Part shown: piece by piece, positions 40,590-53,499 of the stretch
How the letters are laid out: the number at the start of each line of letters is the position of its first letter
Numbering within the stretch: the stretch's first letter is position 1
Source: Isurus oxyrinchus
Lineage: Eukaryota
DNA length: 64,000 bases
Assembly (NCBI GenBank): GCA_026770705.1
Contig: JANJGN010000035.1
Coordinates: forward strand, 7,130,001-7,194,000
Direction of reading: 5' to 3'
Program-made: the position numbers and the translations under genes
Notes under the pieces: generated by a model
The model's input: the letters and a program-made list of their open reading frames with translations, nothing else
Told to the model about the DNA's origin: nothing
Databases searched by the model: none

Positions 40590-40754
40590 TATATTTGCAT
40601 TTTTTCCAAACAGCTGGCACAGAAAGATCGTTCTAATATTATTCTGCCTTGCTGTACGATTCAATGATTTATATGAATTGCTAAACGTTAAATTTCCGAA
40701 GACTAATGAAGAGAAGCAATATCAAGAAATTACCTGCAGGTCTGATAGCAACTG

Positions 40755-40935
40755 TGGAGCGGAAGACAGAGTCCATGTTTCAATTCCGTATGACGTTTCA
40801 TCAGAAAGAATGATACAGACTCAAAACGTTGACTCTGTCTTCCAGTCCATTAGATGCTGTCAGAACTGGTGAGCTTTTTCCGGTGACTTTTGTTTTCGTT
40901 TCACATTTGCATCATTTGCAGTATTTGGCTTATAT
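40755..40935. mobile_element. Head-to-head Penelope pLTR remnants
   Basis: gacagagtccatgtttcaattccgtatgacgtttcatcagaa (inverted copy) is followed by gactcaaaacgttgactctgtc..gatgctgtcagaactggtgagc..tttgcagtattt. Confidence 0.7.
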
Positions 40936-41559
40936 TTTAAAGAAATTATCAAGCGTGTTTTGGAAGATCGAGTCGTATCTCCAGCAATTACATTTCGCAG
41001 TTAAACAACAATTGGCACTGCAGAGTTTTAACTTGAAATATCTTGACACCCAGATACCTCCATTCCTTGTTAACTCATCCTCATGAGAAACACGTTGCAG
41101 TTCAGATGCGGGTCTGGAATAAGTTCATGTATGCAACAGTACATATTCCGACATGGAATCCAAAACTAACTGATTGCGTTGCTACAATGTTAGAACCATC
41201 GACTGGCTCCAGGTGCCATCACCGCTGCTGGATGCTTTAATTAAATGAAAAGCGTTTACCGGCTATCTGAAAGAGACCAGCAATGTATTGCATTTATGCT
41301 GGTGACAATTAATTCTGTTTTAGAGCATTTCAAGCCTTTGGTCTCAAACAAAGGGCATTGTGTCCAGTGCTCACCCATCCACACCGCAACAAAAAAATAA
41401 AATCACACTCCGCCACCCCCTTAGCCCCCATGTTTGCAAATCACTCGACCGTCTGATATGTTATAGTCTAGTGCTCCATGTCTCTTCTATCCCAGGTCTG
41501 CACTGTTTCACTATCCAAAGTCCGATCCATTGATTTCTTTCATCATCCATTATTGAGGA

Positions 41560-41900
41560 CGTAGTAGCGATACGGTAATGCAAATTAACTAGTAATCCCC
41601 AACAACTGTAAGAGCTCTGTTCACACGTATAAAATCTTATTACGGCAGCAGGACATTTGGAATTCAGCTAATAAATCTGGCAATGAACACAAGCATTACT
41701 AATAGATCACATTTGGTTGAGTAATGCTCTCTAGGGAAGTAAATCTGTTGTCCCTAGCTAATGTGCCCTGCATGCGACTCCAGAGCAATAACAACTCGGA
41801 TTGTATCCAAGAAAGCTCTCTGGAGTGCCCAAGAAAGCGACAACCTGCCCCTAGCCATCCTCAAGTTCGAAACAAAATGAAACAAAATGGACAAGGCAAA
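41560..41900 (+). mobile_element. Degenerate SINE-like fragment with tRNA-type head
   Basis: A-box-like gtagtagcgatacggtaatg..actagtaatcc, then aataaatctgg and ctctagggaagtaaatctg..catgcgactccaga, resembling a common shark SINE body (recalled, not searched). Confidence 0.4.
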
Positions 41901-41989
41901 ATCAGCCTAGACCAGCATCACGGCAAGCAGGCTCTTGAAAACGTGACGTCAGCAAAAAGGTAATAGCTGATTAGTGATTGATAAACTAA

Positions 41990-43260
41990 AGAAAGGGAGG
42001 TAAAGTTTGGTAGGAATTTTGAGGGAATGAATCGATCTGAACTTGGAGAGGCAGCAGGTTATCAAAGCCAGTTAGCAGAGTTTTGTTAAGGGGAAGCCAT
42101 TTCTGCCCAATTTGATTGAATTTTTCGAAGGGGTGACCAGTTGTGTGCATGATGGCAATGCATTTGACGTAGTCCACTTGGACTTCAGCAAAGCTTTTGA
42201 TAAGGCTCTGTATGAGACACTGATAAGTAACGTAAGAACCCATTGGATCCAAGGCAATTTTGCAAATTGGATGAAGAATTGCCTGAGTGGCAGGAAGTGG
42301 AAGGCGATTGTCGATGGTTGTTTATGTGACTGGAAGCGTGTGGGCTATGTGGTTCTTGCTGATTTCCGTATTGTCTCCATTGCTGTTTGTTGCAAATATA
42401 TAATGATTTAGACTTGAATGTATGAGGGTTATTACTTAAGTGCGCCAATGACATGAAAATTGGTGGCGTTGTAAATATTGAGTTGCAGGATACAGGAGGT
42501 TGTAGAGGGGCTGGTCAGTTGGGCTGATCAGTGCTAAATGGAATTTAAACCGGATTAGCTTCAGGTTATGCATTTAGGCAGGACAAACAAGGCTGGCGAT
42601 TACACGTTGAAGGGTAGGATCCTGGAAAATACAGATGGTCAGTGGGAGATTGGTGTATATATACTCCATTCTCCTAAGGAAGCGGCAGAAGTAAATAAGT
42701 TGGGTAAGAAGCCAAATGGGACGTTTGCATTTGTTAGCCGAGGTAGAGGATATAAAAGCAGTGATGTTATGCTGGAACTGAATAAAACGTTGGTTAGGTG
42801 ACAGCTCGAGTATTCCCTGCATTTCTGGAATAGGCATTATAGGAAGGATATGATGACACTGGAGAGAGTGAAGAGGAGATTTTCCAGGATATTGCCTCGG
42901 CTGGAGAGTGTTAGTTCTGAGGAGACATTGGATGGACTGCACTTATTTTCCCTGGAGAAGAGCAGTTTCTAGTGGGATGTCATTGAGCTCTATAAAGTTA
43001 TGAGGGAAATACACGGAGTAGACTAGAAGGAACCTTTCCCTTGGCAGAACGGTTGAACACGAGGAGGGATAGAAATACGGTGATTGGGTGGAGGTTTAGT
43101 GGATCAATGAGGAAGAATTTGTTTTCATCCAGAGTGTGGTAGCAATCTGAAATTCACTGACTGAAAGGGTGGTACATTCAGAGGCCCTCATAACATTGAA
43201 GAAACATCTTGATCTGCACTTGTGATGCAATGGCATATTAGGTCATGGACCTATAACTGG
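41990..43260 (+). mobile_element. CR1 LINE RT plus 3' end
   Basis: LIEFFEGVT..DVVHLDFSKAFDKA, WMKNCLSGRK, MHLGRTNK and MLELNKTLVR. Confidence 0.9.
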
Positions 43261-43871
43261 ACCTATTTACATTTCGATGATTTTCAGGTTTGTAAATCTG
43301 GGGATTAGATCATGTTTTATTTTTCATTGGCAAATAGGAGCGTAGGTGAGTTGCTCTCTCCAATGAAATCTGAACACTCCGGAGAAAATGTTAATCCTGA
43401 AAACCAAACCATGGAAATCAAATACAGTGCAAAACGATATAACATTTTTCAGTACTGCTGAGAAAATTACTGTCACACATAAAGAAGCGCTCAAAGAATC
43501 AGAAGCTAAAACAGCTGATGCTTAACGGATATTGCAACATCAGCTTGAGAAGGAAGCGTTGTGCACACCTGGAAACGAATTGAATAGCTAGAGCTATGCT
43601 TACTGGCAGAAGGTAAGGAACCCATCACAATTATCGATATCACCGGTACTCTAAGGTGATGGTGAAACAAAATAAAGTATGTTTTAAAACAAATGTTTCT
43701 GCCACAGCGTTGATGATATGATGGACATGCGACAAATGTTACCTGTTATTCAATTCAAATTGAAATATCAGCGTGATGAAGGTATTGTTTGTTCCATAAG
43801 CTAAGTAGACCCTCTCCGTGCAAGTTAAAAATACAACGACCACTATTGCTGCTGCTACACTTGATAGTTGT

Positions 43872-43925
43872 AGTAATAATAATAATAATAATACTACTAA
43901 TAATAATTATTATTATTATAACAAC
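43872..43925. repeat. (AAT)n/(ATT)n microsatellite
   Basis: Directly visible. Confidence 0.85.
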
Positions 43926-45929
43926 AATAATATGAAAAATTACACAACGAAGAAAGATCAAGAGCTAGGAAAATAAAGAGAAGAAAAGAAAAGTCCATGA
44001 ATATCTGTTTGCAAAGTAAGATCTGATGTTTCGACTGATTGTAGATCTAACCCGAAAGGATGTCCATAGGCAGCTAGACGATTTTCCTCAAATAAGGCCG
44101 GCGTACTTACAGGAAATGACGCGGCGTTGATCCATTGTCACGTGACACTACGATTAAGCATGTTGAATAAATGTTCAGCAATGCGGCTATTCATACTTTC
44201 TTCTCATCTTATTGCATAAAAAAGCGCCGCAGGCTTGGAACAGAACCGAGATAAAGAAAATGACAAGGCCTTGTATTTGTCCGAGGCGGAAGTAAAGGGG
44301 ATTGCTGAATACATTGTGCAAGAAGCATTTTGAAGAGGTGTAGCATTGCTTTCCAACTCATGTCTGCCTGTGCAGGGAATCTGCGGGATTGTAAAAGGCC
44401 TGCAATGTTGTTTCTGAAAGGACATCGATAAATTATGAAAACTACGCGATGGGCCAAAAGCGACTGAGTGCTTAGTAAAATGAAATTACACCAAAAGTCG
44501 TAAAAGCAATCCCCGTTTGCAATATTCTCTACACATTCGAGGCTTTGTTGCATGGTTGTGTTTAAGCTTTATATTTCCAGATAAGGTGGCGTTTCGTAGC
44601 TGCGAGGGTGATTTGCCTTTTTACTCGGTCTTGCCATTCCCTTGCCATTTGCACTGCTTGAATTTGGGTTGTCGCCCAGTTCAAAATCAAGCGTTTTATT
44701 GATTTTATGAACATATGATAGCCACCGTTGTTCTTCGTGCTGGTGGTCACAGTGATTCGGAGATTCTGGAAATGTCAAAGTTTGATGGATGCTATTATTA
44801 ATTTATTACGACAAACACAGCTGAACACATGAAATCATGTGGTCTGATCCTATGAGTCCCTGATAGGTAATTAAGAATTATAAGATTGTCGGTCTTTCTG
44901 AGGAACACAACAACGTGGAATTATTTTTCTGCATTTGGAACTCAATTCGATTGAATGTTTAACTCACAACAACCAGCCCATCTCCCACCGGTAATTACCT
45001 TGAATGAATTGTCGTGAGTACTAACGCTAAATGACAATCGTCAGAGCGACATCATTAGAAGCAAATACATTTCAATGAAGGGCCTTTGTGAAAGACTGAC
45101 ATTGTGAGAGGAGGGGAAACATTGCAGGCAAAGTTATCTTCTAATTTTGCACAATTTTGGCACGTGTTCAACTTCAAGTTTCTTGGTGTCAATATCGAGG
45201 TTCAGGATTTAGAGCAGTGCTTAATGCATAAAGTCCGGGAATATTAGACATTCACTTCTCCTTCCATCTATACCATGGGATAATTTTAATCGAGTTAAGA
45301 AGGTGACCTTATATTTAGGTTGAAATTTAATCCAGAATTATCACTTCAATCGTGCAGCGTTGCTTTGGCAATGCAGTAAGGAGAAGGCAAATATATCTCA
45401 CAATCTTCAGGTTGCTGCAACATGTTGAAGTCGCATTGTTTGCAAGCTAACTCGTCAGTAGGCCTGTTACTATGCAAAAGAAGTATGTAAATGAACGCAA
45501 TCAAACAAAACATAAGAACAGAAGCCCTGCCTTGAAAGCTCGAATTCGCTTTCAGAAGCCGAGGCATGAATACTTTTCACTTCAGATTTTGGAATTTATG
45601 TTAACGTTGTTTCCATTGAACCTCAAGTACAAAGAATATGGCACCAGGAGCAGAAAACGATACCTACATTTATTTGTTCAATTCTTTATAAGATTCAGTG
45701 GGATATTCCCGTTGGCTGCACTGTAAGGCATTGCCAACATCTCCTGACTGAATATATGGAACAACGTTTCTAAGCTGAAATGGTTGAATTCAAAGTTCAG
45801 CAGATCAAAATAAGAGCTCCTCCCACTGGAGGGTCGATTGTACTTCATTGGCTTCATTATCAGAGGAAGGAGAAGAAAGCGTTTGAAGGGGACAGTGGAA
45901 AAAAATGGCAATGGGGCTGGGACTCAGGG

Positions 45930-46680
45930 CCAACCTGTTTGCTGACTAACTGTATATATTCAGATTACCACTTATGTGTTTGCAGAACCAATTTCTAGGA
46001 GACAGCACCTCTCTTATCTCGAACCCACCCAGGATTACAGCTGGGCATACAGTTTTCCTCAGACTGTTGTTCCCGCCGCATCCTGGGACCCATACTGAGT
46101 GTCTTACCCCACTAGATGTAAAACGTGGATCTTTCTCCAGCCTCACCAAATCACCCTATTGCATTAAGTACTTTTCCACAGTTTCCTTTCATTCTTCACC
46201 ACCTCGACAGCTTAACACGGAGCCTTTCCTTTCCTTCAGTTTAGGAACATCACCCCTAAGGACTTTGTGATTCCAACGTCATTCATATATCCTCCTCCTC
46301 ATCCCGTACTTCTGATCAAACATTTCTTCTTACTCAGTTCCTGCCGTGTATTGAACAAACATTCTGACCTCCCCAAATCTGATACTAAAAGTTATGTTAT
46401 CAGCAAATTACTGAGTATCTCACTCTTAGGCCCTCAACTGAATGAAATTCGTGTTCTGCACGCTGCTGAACTACTCCCATGTCACGCTCATCTCCCTTCT
46501 CACTTCTTTGGGTATTAGTCATGCCTGCGTTCAATGGATAATTTCAACCACTCCACCATTCTCCCATAACTCACCCCACCCTCTGACCTCTTAGATGCTT
46601 TGGTATTTTCACTGAGAACAGTTGGTGTGTCCTCTGGCACATTAATTTATTTCCTCATCTCACACACTCCAAACATTTCC
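45930..46680 (+). mobile_element. Possible L2-type LINE endonuclease remnant
   Basis: Pyrimidine-rich, with ctaggagacagcacctct..gctgggcatacagttttcc (L.GD...PPGY.F-like), atatatcctcctcct (YRPP-like) and gataatttcaac (GDFN-like). Confidence 0.35.
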
Positions 46681-46947
46681 TCCTGAGCTTGCTGCAATCC
46701 GTTCCCTCTGGTCCAACCACAACTCTATTATCATATTTGCCAATAAGGGTCTTGTTGTTTGTGGCATACTGACGTGAACCTTGCAAAGGCTGAGTGAAAC
46801 GTCTCAGATACTTCCTTGCAAAACGCTCTCACAGCCAGCCCCCAGCTCGCACCCCTCCGAAATGCGACCCCACCACCGAACACCATGATATTATTTCCTG
46901 GCCTGTCACTGGCCTCTCCTACTCTGGAAATCTTCCCTCCACAGCTT

Positions 46948-49900
46948 ACGTGAAAAAGCAAAGGATGATGTCACAGGAACACCATACGTTCATTGGTTGG
47001 CAAGCATCTGAAACTTGGACTACCTATTCTAAGTTGATTTCAAGTTACAGGTTGTGCCCAGGATCGATGGCTTAACACTTCAGTTTTATCTCACTGGATA
47101 GAGCTAATTCCAGTTGTTTTTTTTTTTTAAGTGCATTTTGGATCTCCATTCTAACTTGCATTCAGGTTTTAGAGTGGAAGTGTTGTAGCCGCATGATATG
47201 GGGGCTGGTCGATGCCATTGTGGATAATGGTGACCACAATTGCAGCAAATGTTGGTTGTTCGAAGACATCCAAATCAGGGTTGATGAGTTGGAGTATGAG
47301 CGCCGGATGTTCCGTCACATCAGGGAGGGGAAGAGTTAGCTAGACTCTGTTTCAGGAGACTGGCACACACCTTAGAATAACAACAGTAAATTCGGCCAGT
47401 TGTCAGGGCCAGGAGGATGTGATTCTGAATGAGGCAGGTAAAGGAAACGAAGACGTAGCACTGCAGGAGACTAAGATTTTGCCCTTATCCAACAGTTTCG
47501 AGAGTATTGCTCCCTGTGTGGACGAAAATGGCTACTCCGGGGAAGATGAACAAACTAACCATAGCGCCGTGGTGCAGGGAGCCAATTAAGAGAAATGTGG
47601 TTGTTTTTGGGGATAGCAAATCAAGGGAACAGACATTGTCCTATGTAGCCGGTATCGAGGGTCCTGAATGTTGTGTTGCCTACATGCTGCCTGGGTGAAG
47701 GATTTCATATCCGGCGTGGAGATACATTTGGGATGGTCGGGGAATGATCCAGTTTGTGGTGGTCGACGTAATTACCAGTGATATTTGTTGGATGAGGAAA
47801 TAATATCTGCTGAGGAAATGTGAACAGGTGAGGGCTGCATGAAAAAGCAGAAGCAAAATGGTAATAATCTCCAGATTACTAACTGAGTGAAGAACTAACT
47901 GACAGCATATCAGTAAGATGATAGAGATAAATGCATGGCTGAAAGTTACGTGCTGGATGAATGTGCTTCAATTAATGGGACATTGGCACCAGTAGTAGGA
48001 AAAGAATGAGCTCTTCCATTCTGATGGGCTCCACTTTAATGGTGCTGGGTCCAGTGTTCTGGCGAATTGCATAACTTGCAGTGTGAACAGGGCTTTAAAC
48101 TAAATAGTAGTGGGGTGGGTTGATGTGTATGGACATATAACAAAATAAATTTAAAAAAAAGCTTAACATTGCATCTTAGAGACGAGGCTGATTGTGACCA
48201 AAAAGTGAAAGGAAGTGACAGAATTTGTGAACACAATATTACATCAAAGATTCATAAAAGATTAGAGAAAATTGAAAGTAGCATAAACTTAAATGCGTTG
48301 CACCTGAGTGTGTGTCGCATTTGGAAAAAAAAAACAAATGAGCTAAGAGCAGAAATAGCGATAAATAAATATGATTTTGTAGTGATTGCAGAGACATGGT
48401 TACATGGGGAGCAGGTTTTGAATTTGAATATCCAAGGTGATTACGTGTTTCAGAAGGATAGGCAGGAAGAAAAAGAAGGTAATGTAGCTTTGTTACTAAA
48501 GGAACAGATCAGTGCTGTAGTGAGGAAAGATATAAGGCACTGGAGAGCAAGACGTAGAGTCAGTCTGCTTAAACATATGAAATATGAAGGGAAGGGTGCC
48601 CCTGGTGGGAGTAGTCTAAAGGTCCACAAAACATATCTCGGCCGTACGACAGAGTATACACCTGGAAAAACTGGGAGCATGTAAGAAAACAATGACAATA
48701 ATCATGGGTGAATTAAAACGCATACAAACTGGACAAATCAGGTGGCAAGGGTAGACACGAGGGGACGCTCAGAATGTTTATTACAGGTTGTTTCTTGCAG
48801 AAAGATTTTGTGGAACCAAGCATGGATCAGATTATTCAGAATTTGGTTTTGTGTAATGAGATTTAATTATAGAGTTATCTCATATAGAGAATCCTCCACC
48901 GAAATGTCTACTTTGCATCCTGGAATTTGAAGTTCAGTTTGAAAGCGAGGCACTTGAGTCCCACACCAGTTTTGTAATTTAAAACAAAGTCAATTACGTA
49001 GGCGTGAGGGTAGGCTTGGTCCTAGTGGACTGGGCGAGTCTGCAGGTTAAGACAGTGCATAAACAATGGCAGATATTTAAGGAGATCTTAAATTTCTCCA
49101 AATTAAAATAAATTACAAACAGAAAGGGAAATGGTAAGCTAGGGAAAAATCATTCATGCCTAAGCAAGTAATTTAGAGATAAAAATATTCAAAACATAAG
49201 GATACCATATTGCAGAGGACAGTGCCCTGCTGGATATTTGAGAAAAGTTTGAAGATTGGCAAATGGTTACTAAAACAAATAATAAGAAGAGGAAAGAGAA
49301 ATTATGAAAGAAAACCTACGGAAAATGAAAAAAAAAAACTGACAGGAAAAGCTTCTAGAAATATATAAAATGAATGAGAATAGCTGAAGTAAATATTCTT
49401 CCCTTGGGAGATGAGAGTAGGGAGTTAAAGTGGGGAACACTGAAATAGCAGGGGCGCTGAATGAATACGTTGCCTGAATTTTCACCGTGGAGGACAATTG
49501 TGCCACCCCAATAGTAACAGATAGTGCAGAGGGTATAGAGAAGGAGGAAGTTAGAATAATCGACATCACTAGAGAATATGTACTGAGCAAAATAATGGGA
49601 TTCAATTGTGGAAAGTCCCCAGGGTCTAATTGCCTACACCCAAGCGTCTTAAAAGAAGAGGCAGCAGACATAGTGCATGCATTGGCTATAATATTCCGAA
49701 ATCCACTGGAATCTAGAAAGGTTGTAGTGCATTTGAAAAAAATACTAATATAACGCCTTGATTCAAAAATGTTGGCGGGTGTCGGGCTGGGGGGTGATGG
49801 GGGGAGGAGAGTGTTGGCTCCGAGGTGTGGTGAGAAAAAAGCAGAAAGTATGAAACTATTGACATGTTATTTTAACGTCTGTATGAATCCATTATTAAGA

Positions 49901-51249
49901 ATGTAGTATTTGGGCATTTGGAAAGTCAAATGCAATCCATCAAAGCCAGTATGGTTTAATGAAGAGTAAATCGCGTTTGATAGTTGTCTGTCTTGTTGCA
50001 GTTATTTGAAGATGTGGCAGGCGTAGTGGATAATTTGGTTCCTGTACATGTTGTATATTTGGATTTCCAGAAGGACTTTTATAAGCTGCCGCACAAAAGA
50101 TTAATACAGAGGATTGGTTCACTCAGAGTTAGGGTAATATTTCAGCTTAGATAGCCAGCAGAAATCAGAGAAGTGGGTTAAATGGGTATCTTTAAGCATG
50201 GCAAGCTGTAACTAGAGGAGTGGCATCGGTTTGCCCCTTGGGCCACAACTATTTACAATCTATATGAATGACTTGAATTCAGAGATCTATGGCACTATGT
50301 ACACATTTCCAGATAACGCCAAATTTGGTGGGCAAGTTAGCTCAAATGGAGAAATAATAAAATTTTCAAATGGATATGGACAGTTTCGGTGAATGGACCA
50401 AAATTTGGCAGATTAATTTTAACGTGGATAAGAGTAGGTTATCAATTTTGGACAGAACAATTATAACGCGTTCAACTGTTCTGTTGAAGGGACATGAGGA
50501 CTCAAAACATCAACTATTTTCTTTTCGCCGATGCTGCCAGACCTGCTGAGTGTTTCCAGGTAATTCTGTTTTTGTTTTCAACTATAAGGCGGGTTATTGA
50601 AATGTAGATAACCGTCAGAATGCTTCTGTGCAGAGGGATCTGGGTCTCCTCTTGCATTAATCGCTGACAGATAGTAGGCAGGTACAGCATTTAATAAGGG
50701 AGCCACATTGAATTTTGGTCTTTAATGCTAATGCAATAGATTCGAAAAGTAAGGAAGTCCTGTTGAAACATTACTGGATGTTGGTGAGGCCGCACCTGGA
50801 GCAATCTGCTTCGTTTTGGTCCCCTATCTGAATGATTTATTTGCATTGGAGGCGGTTCAGGGGCGGTTTACTAGGTTGATTCCGGAGATGCAGGGCGGGT
50901 CCTATGAGGAGATATAGAGCAGTTTAGGCCTATAATCGCTAGAGTTTGGAAGGATGAGATAGGTGTAATTGAGGTGTATTAGATGTTAAAGTGGATAGGC
51001 AAAGTGGAAGTGGAGCGGATGTTTATCCTTTTCTGACATTCTAGAAGATGTTGCCATATGTATGCGAGGGCGCTGAACAAAGTTAAGGTAGGGATAGACA
51101 GAATTTTAAATCGTGATGGGTTGAAAGATTAGAGGGATTTTTCGGAAAATTGGAGTTGATGCAGAAATTATATTCGCCATGATCGTACTGATTCGGGGGG
51201 CAGGCCCGCAATGCTGAATTGCCTACACCTGCTCCTCGTTCTTATGTTC
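46948..51249 (+). mobile_element. Near full-length CR1 LINE (5' UTR, ORF1 zinc finger/zipper plus SGNH esterase, ORF2 APE-RT, cttatgtt tail), decayed
   Basis: ORF1: C..CSKC..RVDELEYE, RNVVVFGDS and FHSDGLHFNGAG. ORF2: YDFVVIAETWL..FQKDRQEEKEGNV, KSPGSNCLHPSVLKE, YLDFQKDF and LVRPHLE. Ends cctgctcctcgttcttatgttc. Confidence 0.9.
50471..50578 (+). mobile_element. Short pLTR/hammerhead-like element inserted in the CR1 RT region
   Basis: gttctgttgaagggacatgaggactcaaaacatcaact..gtaattctgtttttgtttt flanked by caattataacgcg (50458-50470) and caactataaggcg (50579-50591). Confidence 0.8.
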
Positions 51250-53499
51250 CCTTAACCTCATTGTTTCGTAACCTCCGACTGTGCACAGCTATTTACTTCC
51301 CAAACCTGCAAACAAGGCAGCCCCAGCAGACACATTATGTCGACCTGTGTTTGCCCAACAGAACTTTGTTGTTTGTAATTTGGGTCCTTTCTCTCTCCCC
51401 TTGCCCCGTGTCTCCCTACCAATGTTCACGACTGCTGTAATGCCCTGCGACTATCGACAGTTTCCAGTTCCATGACCCTAACCAGCTTCTGAATGCTATG
51501 GACTTCCTATCCATCTAGAATCTCATGCCTCACCATATTCCTGTGAGCTATCTACACTTATTACTTGAACAGAAGCCTAATAAATTCCCAACCACCTCCA
51601 GTCTCTCCAACTGACTGAATTTGTAGTCTCACACAACAAAATCTCCTTTAACTAGACACATTGTTCCAAACAAAATGTGCAGCTTTGGGTGCATGGACCC
51701 CAGGTACATGTTTTTTTCATTATGCGGTGCATGGAAAATTCATTGATCCAGTTCTACTCAGGGTCCTTATTCGGTACATCGATGGCTGTATCAGTTCTAT
51801 GTTCTCTTCTGGACTGGGAATCATTTGTCGATTTTGCTTCCAATTTAGACACCCCCATAAGCATATTGCGAATTTTCCGACGCTCCCTTCCGGTCTTTGA
51901 CTGCTTTGCCTGCACTTCCGTTCATAGGCTGTCTACCAATAATCACAACAACGCGCCAACTCCTCCAGCTACCTCCACTACAGCTCCATACACGCTGCTT
52001 CCCGTAAGGACTCCAGCCCATTCTTTCAGTTTCTCCATCTCCATTGTGTTTGTTTCAAATATGCCACTTACCAAACCAGCGCTTCTGAAATATCTTCATT
52101 TTTCCTGCACAGTTGGCTCGCCACAAAATTGTCGACGTGGACTTCAACCGTTTCTGACCCATCTCCCATGTGTCTGCCCTCACCCCATCCAATTCCTTCC
52201 AGAAGCATGATAGGATCACCCTTGGCCTCACTTTTCATGCCACCAGCCTCCACATTCAATGCGGCTGCCTCCACAATTTGATGAAACACCATAATGTTGC
52301 CGTGACCAAACTCATCTTCCCCTCACTCTGCCCCTTACTCCCTTTAAGTATTCGGGAGGGACGGTTCCCTCCGTGGCAGCCTGGTGCACTCTCCGATTAA
52401 CGCTTAGTATGAATTCCCACGGCATATTTCCATGCAATCGCAGAAGTTTCATCGCCTGCCACATTACGTCCTCCCTCCTCAACATCCAAGGCCCCAAACA
52501 TTAATTTCAGGTGGAGCAGTGATGCAATTCCACCGGTCTAAATTTGGTCTTCTCTATGCAATGATCGTAATTATGCTTCCCCGGTAATTGTGTGACTAAA
52601 TGCAGATTTGCTGACTGCTTCGTGGAACACCATGACTCAGGCTGCAAGCATTACCTTTGCCTTTTTTTCCTTCCCATTTCAACACCCAATCTTTCTGTCA
52701 TACCCACGCACCCGCCCTTGGTTTGCTGCAATGTGCCAGTAATGCCCACAGCAAACTAGTGGAACAGCACCTCAGCTTAGAAGGAGCCAGGTTACAGCAT
52801 TTAGCGTTTCCAATCGTGTTCAATAACTTCAAACAATGAAACATTTTCTTCTTGTTTACCTTCTTCCCCTTTAATAAATGTTTAGATTGTTTAAAATTAT
52901 TTGTACTTATTTATGTATTGATTTATTATCTCCCTCATTTCCTCAACGACCACCTTCACCCAACGCATGATTGTGCATACCCTTGTTCTGCTATTTACTC
53001 ATTCTGCTATTTTATACTTGTGTCACTGTTAGCCTTTCTTCCATCTTCACCACTGTCATTGACACTCCTTTTGCCTTGGCCCACGATATCATTGTCAATA
53101 TGTATTTAAAGCCCACTTATCCCTCAACATATCTATTGCTCTAACTACTCCACTGCTGTAATGCAGTAAGAATTCCATCGAATTACTGCCTCTCTTGAAG
53201 CTCTCAAGAGGAGGCACGCGTGCTCGAAACATTAGTTGTGTTTCCCTCTCCACATATTTTGTCAGACCTGCTGGGTTTTTTCCCCCAGTTTCTGTTTGTA
53301 TCTCAGATACCCAGCATGCACAACAGTTGTATTTCTTCGACGAATTCAAATATTGAATAATTAGCACCATATCATAAAATTAATGAATTATAAGTACATT
53401 GTTCTCCGAGAAGGGCAGAGGATTTTTACAACTGGATTGGGGATGTGGATAAGTAAAAAGATGGATTTTGCATCGTCCATTCCATTGTTGGTTTATTTC

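Larger units (their letters stand above)
40614..44417 (+). pseudogene. Candidate decayed multi-exon gene of unknown family (exons 40614-40739, 43453-43612, 44220 to ~44417)
   Basis: Acceptors ttttttccaaacag and atttttcag, donors cag|gtctga and aag|gtaagg, phases 2-2, 2-0 and 0. The third acceptor reads AA. Translation is protein-like with three stops. Confidence 0.4.
46680..53340 (+). mobile_element. Penelope-like element (RT plus GIY-YIG plus 3' pLTR), split by a CR1 at 46948-51249
   Basis: ANKG..VWHTD..DPTTEHH..GNLPSTA (46740-46947) continues at about 51255 with YFPNLQ..CPTE. Then QTKCAALG, RYIDG (RYIDD box) at about 51775, an endonuclease region at 52490-52840 and a pLTR at 53200-53340. 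Confidence 0.8.

Noticed and set aside
32010-40660. Spliced AFLSWHR resembling the tyrosinase CuA motif
   Set aside because: It needs a GC donor, the His spacing and downstream Glu do not fit, and there are no other tyrosinase motifs.
45678-45911. LNFEFNHFSLET as the terminal LRR exon of NLR 2
   Set aside because: No in-phase acceptor. A better, though degraded, candidate lies at about 57160-57063.
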